64,000 nt of DNA, taken from an uncultured Verrucomicrobiae bacterium (GTDB lineage: Bacteria; Verrucomicrobiota; Verrucomicrobiia; Chthoniobacterales; JAFAMB01). The translations under genes were made by a program, and so were the position numbers. Positions 9,250 to 17,792 of the stretch are shown here, piece after piece (position 1 is the first letter of the stretch; each line of letters begins with the position of its first letter). The notes beneath the pieces were generated by a model. It did no database searches. It worked only from the letters and a program-made list of their open reading frames with translations, and was not told the origin of the DNA. The stretch covers positions 1,120,001-1,184,000 of the forward strand of contig CAVXLD010000001.1 of assembly GCA_963762565.1 (NCBI GenBank), read 5' to 3'.

Positions 9250-11919
9250 TCATTCACTTCTCTGCCTCGCAGCATCGGCGATATCACGAGCCACGAGCGC
9301 GGTCCAGCCGGTCTGGTGGCTTGCGCCTAGACCTCGACCGGTCTCGCCGTGGAAATATTCGTGAAAGAGGACAAGTTCGCGCCAATGCGGATCAGCTGCG
9401 AATCGGAGATCGTCTCCGTGACACGGGCGCCGTCCTGCGGCATCCGGCAGAAAAATACTCGCCAACCGCGCACCAAGTTCGTTCACGACTCCTTGAAGAT
9501 TCATCATACGACCCGAACCAGTAGGACATTCCACCTGCAACTTATCGCCGTAAAAATGGTGGTACCGCTCCAGTGCCTCGATCAGCAAATGGTTGACAGG
9601 AAACCAAATCGGTCCGCGCCAATTCGAGTTGCCGCCGAAGAGGTGAGTGCGGGATTCGCCGGGATCATAGTCGACGCGATGCTCTACGCCTTCCGCTATA
9701 AAGACGCACGGACTTTTCTCGTGGAACTTCGATAGGGACCGGATTCCATAAGGCGAGAGAAACTCACTCTCGTCGAGCATATAACTCAGCAGGCGCTGCA
9801 AACGCTCGCGCGCCGGAATCGCCAGTAGAAATCGTTGACTGTCGCCGTGCTCGTAAAAGCTGATATTGTGAGCAAGATCGGGACGGTGGTTTATGAACCA
9901 GGCCGCCCGTTTGTAGAAACCTGGAAGTTTCTTGATTGTTTCCCCCTCCAGGACTTCGGTCGCGATCAATGGCAACAGTCCGACCAGGGAGCGTGTCTTG
10001 AGTGGGATGGCGCTCTGATCGGTCCGCAGCTGGTCGTAGTAAAAGCCGTCCTCTTCGCTCCAAAGCCCGCTGCCGCCGAGTTGGTTCATCGCATCTGCGA
10101 TCTGGACGAAGTGCTCGAGAAACTTCGATGCCATGTCCTCATAGGCCCGATAAATACGCAGTCCTTCGCCAACCGCCAGCTCCAGCGCCATCGAAAGCAT
10201 TGTGGCGCAGTAAAACGCCATCCAGGCGGTGCCATCGGCCTGCCGGAGGACGGCTCCGTTTGGCAAGACCTGAGAGCGATCGAACACGCCGATGTTATCC
10301 AACCCAAGGAAGCCGCCCGAAAACAGGTTCTCACCGTTCGCATCCTTACGGTTCACCCACCATGTGAAATTGAGCAGCAGTTTCTGAAAGACGCTTTCGA
10401 GAAAGTCGCGGTCCCGTGCGCCCCGCTCGCCCGAGATTTTATAGACGCGCCAGGCGGCCCAGGCATGCACTGGTGGGTTCACGTCCCCAAAGGCAAACTC
10501 GTACGCCGGAATCTGGCCGTTCGGATGCATGTACCATTCCCGCAACAGTAGAATCAATTGCTCCTTGGCGAACTCTGGGTCGATATGAGCCAGCGGGATC
10601 ATGTGGAATCCAAGGTCCCATGCGGCGAACCATGGATACTCCCACTTGTCCGGCATCGAAATGATGTCGCGGCTATAAAAATGACTCCAAGCTTTGTTGC
10701 GGCCCTGCAGCCGACCGGTGGGCGGCGCCGGACCGGACGGATCGCCGCTAAGCCAATCCTGAACGATGTAGTGATAGAATTGTTTGCTCCAGAGCAGCCC
10801 TGCGGCGGCTTGGCGTACCACGCCCTGCTCGATACTGTTAAACTTTATCCTGTACAGAGAGCCGTAGTACTCATCAGCCTCACGCATGCGTTCGGCGAAC
10901 ACCGCGTCAGAGTCCGGAGCCTTCGTCGAAGCCTCCTGCTCATTGAAAAGCCGCAAGGAGATGGTTTGCGTGGAATAGGATGGGATGCGCAAAACATAGT
11001 GGAGAGCTGCCTTCGTGCCGGTCTTTGCTGGATTGACGGCGCCGTCCTTACCGTGAATAACGTAGTCGTGAAATGCGTCCTTAAAAAACGCGTGGTCGGG
11101 CCCGAGATTGTACAAGCGGCGCGTGTTCGTGTCATTCTCTGTAAAGAGCGCAAGCGGACGGGGAGAATCCGGGGTCGTCCCGCTATCGAGCAGATAATGG
11201 CCGAGCGATTCATGATGGAGCGAGAGACTGTCGGCGCCTGCCCACGTAATCCTCGGTTTAGTGGCACTGCGTTCATCGATCGCGCCCCATGACCAAGTGT
11301 TGCGAAACCAGACGGTCGGTAGCAGGTGAAGCGTCGCTGCCTCGGCGCCGCGATTGGCCGCAGTGAGGCGGATCAGGATGTCGTTAGGCCCGTTTTTTGC
11401 ATACTCGGCCGTGATATCGAAATAACGACTGTCGTCGAATACGCCGGTATCCAAAATCTCGAATTCAGGATCGTCTTTGCCCCGGCGTCGATTCTCCGCC
11501 ACCAGCTGCGCGTATGGGTACTCGGCCTGCGGATATTTATAAAGCGCCTTCATGTAGGAGTAAGTCGGCGTCGCGTCGAGATAGAAGTATTGCTCCTTCA
11601 CATCCTCTCCATGATTCCCTTCCGGACCCGTCAAGCCGAAGAGGCGCTCTTTCAGAATCGGATCCTTGCCATTCCACAACGCCAATGCGAAGCAAAGCCG
11701 GCATTGACGATCGGCGATGCCGAGCAGTCCGTCTTCCCCCCATCGGTAGGACCGGCTTCGAGCATGATCGTGCGGGAAGTAATCCCAACAACCGCCGTCT
11801 GGGGAGTAGTCTTCGCGCACCGTGGCCCACTGGCGCTCCGATAGATAAGGTCCCCAACGTTTCCAGTTTGCCTCACGCTGCGCATCGGCTGTAAGACGCG
11901 CCTTCTCGGCATTGCTCAT
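9250..11919 (-). CDS. GH63 / MGH1-like glycoside hydrolase (glucosidase)
   Basis: WGPYLSERQWATVREDYS, MPDKWEYPWFAAWD, GASHQTGWT; start taken at MSNAEK after GGGGAG. Confidence 0.9.
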   Translation of the reverse strand: MSNAEKARLTADAQREANWKRWGPYLSERQWATVREDYSPDGGCWDYFPHDHARSRSYRWGEDGLLGIADRQCRLCFALALWNGKDPILKERLFGLTGPEGNHGEDVKEQYFYLDATPTYSYMKALYKYPQAEYPYAQLVAENRRRGKDDPEFEILDTGVFDDSRYFDITAEYAKNGPNDILIRLTAANRGAEAATLHLLPTVWFRNTWSWGAIDERSATKPRITWAGADSLSLHHESLGHYLLDSGTTPDSPRPLALFTENDTNTRRLYNLGPDHAFFKDAFHDYVIHGKDGAVNPAKTGTKAALHYVLRIPSYSTQTISLRLFNEQEASTKAPDSDAVFAERMREADEYYGSLYRIKFNSIEQGVVRQAAAGLLWSKQFYHYIVQDWLSGDPSGPAPPTGRLQGRNKAWSHFYSRDIISMPDKWEYPWFAAWDLGFHMIPLAHIDPEFAKEQLILLLREWYMHPNGQIPAYEFAFGDVNPPVHAWAAWRVYKISGERGARDRDFLESVFQKLLLNFTWWVNRKDANGENLFSGGFLGLDNIGVFDRSQVLPNGAVLRQADGTAWMAFYCATMLSMALELAVGEGLRIYRAYEDMASKFLEHFVQIADAMNQLGGSGLWSEEDGFYYDQLRTDQSAIPLKTRSLVGLLPLIATEVLEGETIKKLPGFYKRAAWFINHRPDLAHNISFYEHGDSQRFLLAIPARERLQRLLSYMLDESEFLSPYGIRSLSKFHEKSPCVFIAEGVEHRVDYDPGESRTHLFGGNSNWRGPIWFPVNHLLIEALERYHHFYGDKLQVECPTGSGRMMNLQGVVNELGARLASIFLPDAAGRRPCHGDDLRFAADPHWRELVLFHEYFHGETGRGLGASHQTGWTALVARDIADAARQRSE

Positions 11920-11977
11920 GCCGGTGTCAAACTCCCCTTCACCGCGAGTGCCCATCATGTAACGCGTGCGATACTGG

Positions 11978-13174
11978 TCACGCCGTTGTCGAGAAACCGC
12001 CTCGTCTTCCAACTTGCCCAGCGGCGGCACCGTTACCAACACCAGCACTCCGCTGCCCCAAGATCTGCTGACCATGCGCTTCGGCCCGCGCGAACACGAC
12101 TTTGTACACCTGGCAATAAGGATCCTTGGCTAACAGCGTTCCCTTCGCGCTGTAAGTTCGCACAGGACATCCGCCGTGGCAGATCGATAGGTAGCGGCAG
12201 GCCAGGCAGTCTTCATGCTCCATTAGATGCTTCGGCCGCTCCACGAAATCCTGCCGCGCTCGACTGGTTTTTAGCATCCGCGTAAGGTCGGGTTCGCGGA
12301 ACATATTACCAAAGAAGTATTCGGGATAGCTGGTAACCCAGCAATCGCACTGAGCAACCGTCCCTCTGGCGTCCACTGAGATAAATTGATTGGAGCAGTT
12401 CTCTTTCCAGATACAGGGTAAACGTGCCGGTCGGCCGACGAAGTGATCAATCAAGGCATCGAACGGACCCAGCGATACACCAGCGTCGTAGCCTTTCTGT
12501 ATCCAGATATCAAAGAGCTCACCGAGAAACCGGGCCAGTTCACCATTATCGAGTTGAAAGCCGCCTTCGACATCTTTCGCCGGGCCACCGGCAAACGGGG
12601 TATTCACCTGGAAATCATCGAGACCAAGGTCCTCGGTGAAGTACCGATAGAACCTCTCCGCGCCGGCTTCCAGACTGGCTTTATGGAGTACGGCAATGAC
12701 CCCGATCTTGATGCCTGCTTCGCGTGCTTCGTGCAGCCTTTTAGTCCAAAGTTTAGTGTAAGCTTCCGCACCGCTCTTGATAAGCTTCCGATGGACATTG
12801 GGATAGTCCATCGACGTTCCGACGGATCCGTTAAACATCCCATGGATTACCCTATTCCACGATGGTGAATAGCTAATAAGATTCGTTTGTAGATAGTGAA
12901 CGAATTTGCGTCCTTTCTCCGCGGCAGCGCGTCCCATAAGATTTCCAGCGTCTGCAAACCAGTCGGGACCCATAATCATCGCTTCTCCGCCCTGCCAATA
13001 GATCTCGCAAACTTCGATATTCTCATGTTCGAGATGGTCAAGCAGTCGCCGAGTTAACAACGGGAGCAACGCCGGTGAAAGTCGATGCGGTTCCTTGTGC
13101 TCAAAGCAGTAATCGCAGGCGACGTTGCACTCTGACGTCGGTAGGAGGATCACGCTGAAGACTCGTCCGTTCAT
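11978..13174 (-). CDS. Radical SAM/SPASM peptide maturase
   Basis: CNVACDYC (CxxxCxxC), WQGGE, SPASM cysteines C..C..C / CLACRYLSICHGGCP / DPYC. Confidence 0.92.
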   Translation of the reverse strand: MNGRVFSVILLPTSECNVACDYCFEHKEPHRLSPALLPLLTRRLLDHLEHENIEVCEIYWQGGEAMIMGPDWFADAGNLMGRAAAEKGRKFVHYLQTNLISYSPSWNRVIHGMFNGSVGTSMDYPNVHRKLIKSGAEAYTKLWTKRLHEAREAGIKIGVIAVLHKASLEAGAERFYRYFTEDLGLDDFQVNTPFAGGPAKDVEGGFQLDNGELARFLGELFDIWIQKGYDAGVSLGPFDALIDHFVGRPARLPCIWKENCSNQFISVDARGTVAQCDCWVTSYPEYFFGNMFREPDLTRMLKTSRARQDFVERPKHLMEHEDCLACRYLSICHGGCPVRTYSAKGTLLAKDPYCQVYKVVFARAEAHGQQILGQRSAGVGNGAAAGQVGRRGGFSTTA

Positions 13175-13189
13175 CAGTAGGGACTCCGG

Positions 13190-14104
13190 TTATTCTACGG
13201 GCGACGCCAGGGGTCCAACCTTCGCCAGCTCCTCTGTTTGATCAGCACGATCTCGGTTGGCAAGCTCGTGACCCATCTCATCGGCAGCAGCCTTTATGGC
13301 GAAGAACAACTGTTTGACTCCTCCGCAATCGTAAGCGGGATCCGGCCACTTGAAGTATCCTTGGCAGATCTCTTGGAAAGGACAAGTCACACACTCGGCG
13401 TCTTGCTCCAGTAGGCGTCTAAACCAAGCCTCCACAAAAGTCGTGGACGAGAGATCCGATGACGGAGAACTGAAGCCGCCGGGTAATTCAAAGCCGACGC
13501 CCACTCCTCGACGCAGAAATAAAGCTGGGTCTTCTTCAAGAATCATCCAGAGCGAACCGTCGCCGGTGCCGCACATGGCAGCCAACACCGAATGGAAGAA
13601 CTCTACCGGCGCTTCCACCATCGGATCACGAAGGTAGAAGGTTACCGCCTCGGTCAATTCAATTAGTACTTCAGGAGATGGTTGCCCCGGCAGTAATCGC
13701 ACCGGCAGTCGCAATGCGATAGCCACCTTGACGGCTCTAAGAAACCCGGGCGAGGCAGGCATACTCACCCTGACGTCACGGACGGCAAAGACGTCGACCA
13801 GTCGATACAAATCGGAAAACTGCGAACCGGGATCCGTAATGAGGACATCCAGAGGAACATTCGATGTGCTTTGCGCCGCCGGGATCCAAGCATCCTGATC
13901 GCTGAGCAACTCCTCTACTTGGATCCATTGTAAGCTAGCCGGGGCATTACTAAGCCATTGGCTAAGTTCAGCCCGGCTCCTGACGATGGCGACAAATGGG
14001 CTCCCACCGTGGCCGGACGCTAAATCGGACCGCAAGAAAAGAATGGGCCAATCGGGTTCTAGCGGCGCGCTATTGTACCCATCATTTACCAGCGGTTGAT
14101 CCAT
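13190..14104 (-). CDS. Hypothetical protein with C-terminal SPASM-like Cys cluster but no radical SAM motif
   Basis: CVTCPFQEICQG...YDC near C-terminus; no CxxxCxxC; overlaps the precursor stop. Confidence 0.7.
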   Translation of the reverse strand: MDQPLVNDGYNSAPLEPDWPILFLRSDLASGHGGSPFVAIVRSRAELSQWLSNAPASLQWIQVEELLSDQDAWIPAAQSTSNVPLDVLITDPGSQFSDLYRLVDVFAVRDVRVSMPASPGFLRAVKVAIALRLPVRLLPGQPSPEVLIELTEAVTFYLRDPMVEAPVEFFHSVLAAMCGTGDGSLWMILEEDPALFLRRGVGVGFELPGGFSSPSSDLSSTTFVEAWFRRLLEQDAECVTCPFQEICQGYFKWPDPAYDCGGVKQLFFAIKAAADEMGHELANRDRADQTEELAKVGPLASPVE

Positions 14105-14433
14105 GAACCTCCGCCGCCATAGTACCGGCGGTTAATCCAGCCGCCACCACCCCCGCCGCGACCATTCAACCAGCCACCACCGCCACCCCAGCCTCCCCGG
14201 CCGTTGATCCAGCCGCCGACGCCCCCGCCAGCTCGCCGATTCACCCAGGCGCCAGCCTGAGCCGCCGGTGGAGATGCCAGCCAAGCGCCGCCGATTATTG
14301 CCGCCGCAATTGCGGCCCCTGACCATTTGCCCAGGCTTTGTAGAAACCACCGGCGTCCGAGCAGTTCCTGATTGTCACCTGAGCCGGTTGTTCCAGCAGA
14401 GTGCTCACTTTTCATAACCGTAAAATCGGCCAT
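14086..14433 (-). CDS. Gly-rich RiPP precursor with five WxN motifs (GrrA/OscA-like) and a Tat-like signal
   Basis: GRRWFL, hydrophobic stretch, AQA; then WVN, WIN, WLN, WIN, WIN in Gly linkers. Confidence 0.85.
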   Translation of the reverse strand: MADFTVMKSEHSAGTTGSGDNQELLGRRWFLQSLGKWSGAAIAAAIIGGAWLASPPAAQAGAWVNRRAGGGVGGWINGRGGWGGGGGWLNGRGGGGGGWINRRYYGGGGSWINRW

Positions 14434-14436
14434 TTG

Positions 14437-14931
14437 TTAGGCGTCTTCCTTGCCCGTTGCCCCTGTCAACGTTGAGAAATGCATGGCAGCGATCCGCCAT
14501 TTGCCGGCCTCTTTTGCGACGGTAAGGGATAGGTTGATGGGGTAGGTGAACTCTTTCCCAGCCTTTTCGCCCGAGATATTTCCGGACGTCATCAGCCAAC
14601 CCATGTCAGTGCCAACCGCCGCTATTTTGAATTGGTATTCGTACTTTTGTTTTCCCTCGTCGAAACCCTGGAAGAAGTGCTGATAAGCAACTTTGATCTC
14701 ATCCGGACCGGACCAGATCTCTCCGGGACCGGTTCCCATGATAGCGGCCTTTTCAGTCAGGCATGCCATAACCCCCTCGAGGTTATGGTTAGTGAAGGCT
14801 TCATCGTGCGCCTTTAATAAAGCGCGAATCGGCTCTATCTCTGGATTTTCGGATGTCTCCGCATTCACTGCGGTAGGCAGCGTGGCAGCAATGCTAACGA
14901 CCCCGGCGATAATTGCTTCTCTTCGGTTCAT
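14437..14931 (-). CDS. NTF2/SnoaL-like protein with Tat-like signal
   Basis: MNRREAIIAG...AVNA; C-terminal GKWRIAAMHFS typical of SnoaL-like folds; 3 nt from precursor start. Confidence 0.8.
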   Translation of the reverse strand: MNRREAIIAGVVSIAATLPTAVNAETSENPEIEPIRALLKAHDEAFTNHNLEGVMACLTEKAAIMGTGPGEIWSGPDEIKVAYQHFFQGFDEGKQKYEYQFKIAAVGTDMGWLMTSGNISGEKAGKEFTYPINLSLTVAKEAGKWRIAAMHFSTLTGATGKEDA

Positions 14932-15424
14932 AACATCATTTTCTGGCGATCCCGAAAGTGTTTCTCGTTCGCAGTGGCCGATTCCTTAATCGAAAACGAC
15001 TGCATCATCCTGTTCTTGAGCCGGCTGGGGACCGCTTTGCAAGATTTCCCCAAGAAGGCGCGCCCTCCAATATCTATTGCAGCGCGTTGTAAGAGCTTTT
15101 GTGTATGGCAAAAGAGGCTCAGATTTTGACAACTTTCTAAACTCGAATACACGCTTATGTCCGTAAGAACATATGTGTGGCACTGAATCGTAGACTCGTT
15201 TTCGATTACAATCGCGTAGCGTACGCCAAAGATGATCGACGCAGAGAATCCGCTCTCTGTTGCAGAATTGGTGAGACTCACCGAACACGCAGGAATCCGC
15301 CGCGGAACTGCGGGATAGGACTAGGGCCTAATATCCGGTACGCAGCCGGAATAGTACGACGCTACCAGTTCGGTTCCGACCGAGGTCGAAGCTATAAAAT
15401 CTTGAAGTTTCAGACATAGTCGCC

Positions 15425-15796
15425 ATGCTGGCGGGAGATTTTGTTGCAACGATGGAACCTCCCGCCTTACCCAACGTAAAGGGACGTTCATCGAAACGGC
15501 GGTGGAAAAGTTTTGCCTGCTATCTTCCTCTGGCAACCATCGGACTGCAGATTGCCTGGGGCGTATTACTTTTCGTGGCGTTGATCTTCGCAGTCGGCGA
15601 TACTCCCTACAGAAACACCCCAAGTAATCAGCATCTATTCGAATTCATCGGGGCATTGCCCGCGATAGCAGGATCGATTTTCGGAGTAATCGCGATGGTC
15701 TGTCGTTGGCCACAAAACCCGGTCGATTGGATAGGTCTCATCGGGGGCACTATCGTTTGTTCTGTTCTTGCTATCTGGCTCGGAGGTTTTTTGTAA
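15425..15796 (+). CDS. Hypothetical membrane protein
   Basis: Three hydrophobic segments. Confidence 0.5.
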   Translation: MLAGDFVATMEPPALPNVKGRSSKRRWKSFACYLPLATIGLQIAWGVLLFVALIFAVGDTPYRNTPSNQHLFEFIGALPAIAGSIFGVIAMVCRWPQNPVDWIGLIGGTIVCSVLAIWLGGFL

Positions 15797-15821
15797 CTTT
15801 AAGTACCAATTGTTGATGACA

Positions 15822-16046
15822 ATGGACAAAGACGTAGAACACTTAAAGCTACTCTCGATTTTCTATTATATCGTGGGCGGGCTGGCCTGCTTTTGTGGAC
15901 TGTTATGGATACTATATATCGTATCCGGCGTCATTCTGGTAGTCGCGTCGGGATCTATGGCAAGTGACGATCGCATGGGAGCATCTATCGGCGGCGTCGC
16001 GGCCGCTATCGTCGGTCGTCTTGCGACTCTAGCGTGCGGTAGTTGA
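15822..16046 (+). CDS. Membrane protein, probably 3'-truncated
   Basis: MDKDVEHLKLLSIFYYIVGG followed by TM helices and an abrupt end. Confidence 0.45.
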   Translation: MDKDVEHLKLLSIFYYIVGGLACFCGLLWILYIVSGVILVVASGSMASDDRMGASIGGVAAAIVGRLATLACGS

Positions 16047-16171
16047 CTACCTGGCATTCTTTGTTCCGGCTGCCGGAACTATTGTCTAGATGGCGTCGCC
16101 GAGCTTCCGCGATCCGACGAACAATGTTGTCGTTCCTCGCACCAGGCATATCAGAACACAACTTCCGGCAC

Positions 16172-17080
16172 TGCGCAGTCACCGATCTAATGGAACCGGA
16201 TCGCATTGTGATTGGATCGAACAGCCAGCGGGCGTTAGCGATTATGGAAAAGGTTTACGCGCCGTTTTCGGCGCCAATTATGGTGACGGATGTCAAGAGC
16301 GCTGAGTTGATAAAGCATGCGGCCAACTCGTTTCTTGCGCTCAAAATTTCTTATATCAACGCGGTGTCCGCAATTTGTGAGACCACTGGAGCAGATATTG
16401 AACAGGTCGCAGAAGGGATTGGGGCGGACAAACGAATCGGAAGGAGCTTTTTCAGCGCCGGTCTGGGATATGGAGGGTCTTGCTTTCCGAAGGACCTTGC
16501 CGCCTTCATTGCCATCAGCGAACAAATTGGCGAACCCTTCCAGCTCCTGCGCGAGGTCCAGAGAATAAACCGCCAGCAGCGCGAACGCTTCGTAAAGAGA
16601 TTACGCGACACTTTGTGGGTGTTAAAAGAGAAGCGAATCGCAGTTTGGGGTCTTACCTTTAAACCACATACCGACGACGTTCGCAGTTCGGTGGCCGTCG
16701 ATCTGGTAAACGATCTTATTCGGGAAGGCGCCCTCGTGACCGCCTACGACCCAAAAGGCAACCAAAAGGTTCAAGAGCTCAATCTTTGTCCAGGAGTTCA
16801 TCTGGCCAAGTCCGCGCTCGAGGCTGTGCAGGATGCTGAAGCATTAGTCTTAGCAACGGAATGGCCCGAGTTCAGTGAAGCGGATCTCACAGAGGTATAT
16901 CAGCGGATGCATATGCCAATCGTTTTCGACGGAAGGAATCTATTCGATCCGGCTACCATGCGAGATCTCGGTTTCCAATACTTCGGCATCGGGCGTCCGT
17001 TGGACGACCCCGGCGACAGTAACCGGAATAGTAACGGCACAAGCACGCGTGGCGACCTCGTTGCCCTCCGCTCTAACTGA
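16172..17080 (+). pseudogene. ugd: 5'-truncated UDP-glucose 6-dehydrogenase
   Basis: PDRIVIG, AELIKHAAN, GYGGSCFPKD, FKPHTDD present; N-terminal NAD-binding GxGxxG domain absent. Confidence 0.8.
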
Positions 17081-17139
17081 CCATCCTCAGCACGCCGCGG
17101 ACTCTCTCGGAAAATTGGTCTAGCCGCGGCGGCGATCAA

Positions 17140-17625
17140 TTACTCTTCGCCATCGAAGTAGTCGACGGCTTTTCCCTTCAGAACCGGCCCATTCAGATTC
17201 GAGGGTAATCCCCATTTGTCGCTGTCCGGATAATAACAGGTTTCACCCACCGGATTGTCAGCGATGATGTAAAACACGAGTTCTTCACTGCCGTCGTTGA
17301 TGATTTGATGAGGCTCGCCGGGAGCGCAAAAGACGGCATCGCCGCTGGTTAGCTCAGTTAAACCCTGGGGCGTTCTGAATTTGCCGGATCCGGACAAGAT
17401 CAAGTAGAGCTCTGATTGGCTAGAATGAGCGTGGTACGGACAAGGGGAAATGCCCGCGGGTACACGACAGAGTTCCAAGTCGAAGGGGTGACTATTCTGC
17501 TTCGAATCCGAATCCTTAATATGCCCAAGAGCCTGTGAAATGTTTTGGCTGAACGATCGGAAACGGCTGGCAGGTGAAGGTGGATTCTCTTCCACCGGCA
17601 CCTGACAGAGATTTACTTTACGCAT
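17140..17625 (-). CDS. Cupin domain protein
   Basis: PYHAHSSQSE and GEPHQIIN cupin motifs. Confidence 0.85.
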   Translation of the reverse strand: MRKVNLCQVPVEENPPSPASRFRSFSQNISQALGHIKDSDSKQNSHPFDLELCRVPAGISPCPYHAHSSQSELYLILSGSGKFRTPQGLTELTSGDAVFCAPGEPHQIINDGSEELVFYIIADNPVGETCYYPDSDKWGLPSNLNGPVLKGKAVDYFDGEE

Positions 17626-17792
17626 TGTGATCTGCTCCTCCAGAACAACGAGCTTTGCAATATGGGTTTTCAGGCTGGGACAAGGTCTCGAAGTGATTGT
17701 GGCGCCGCCTAACTTTCACCAACCGAGTTTCTTTAAACCATTTCCACTGAACGACACTTGATTTGGCGTGCTCAGCCGGGGTTACGTCTATA

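Noticed and set aside
9321..11894. Long + strand ORFs opposite the glycosidase (similar shadow ORFs opposite the NHase and exonuclease genes)
   Set aside because: Antisense shadows of GC-rich genes with no recognisable motifs
14928..15419. Overlapping short ORFs upstream of the RiPP operon
   Set aside because: No motifs and conflicting frames; more likely a promoter region
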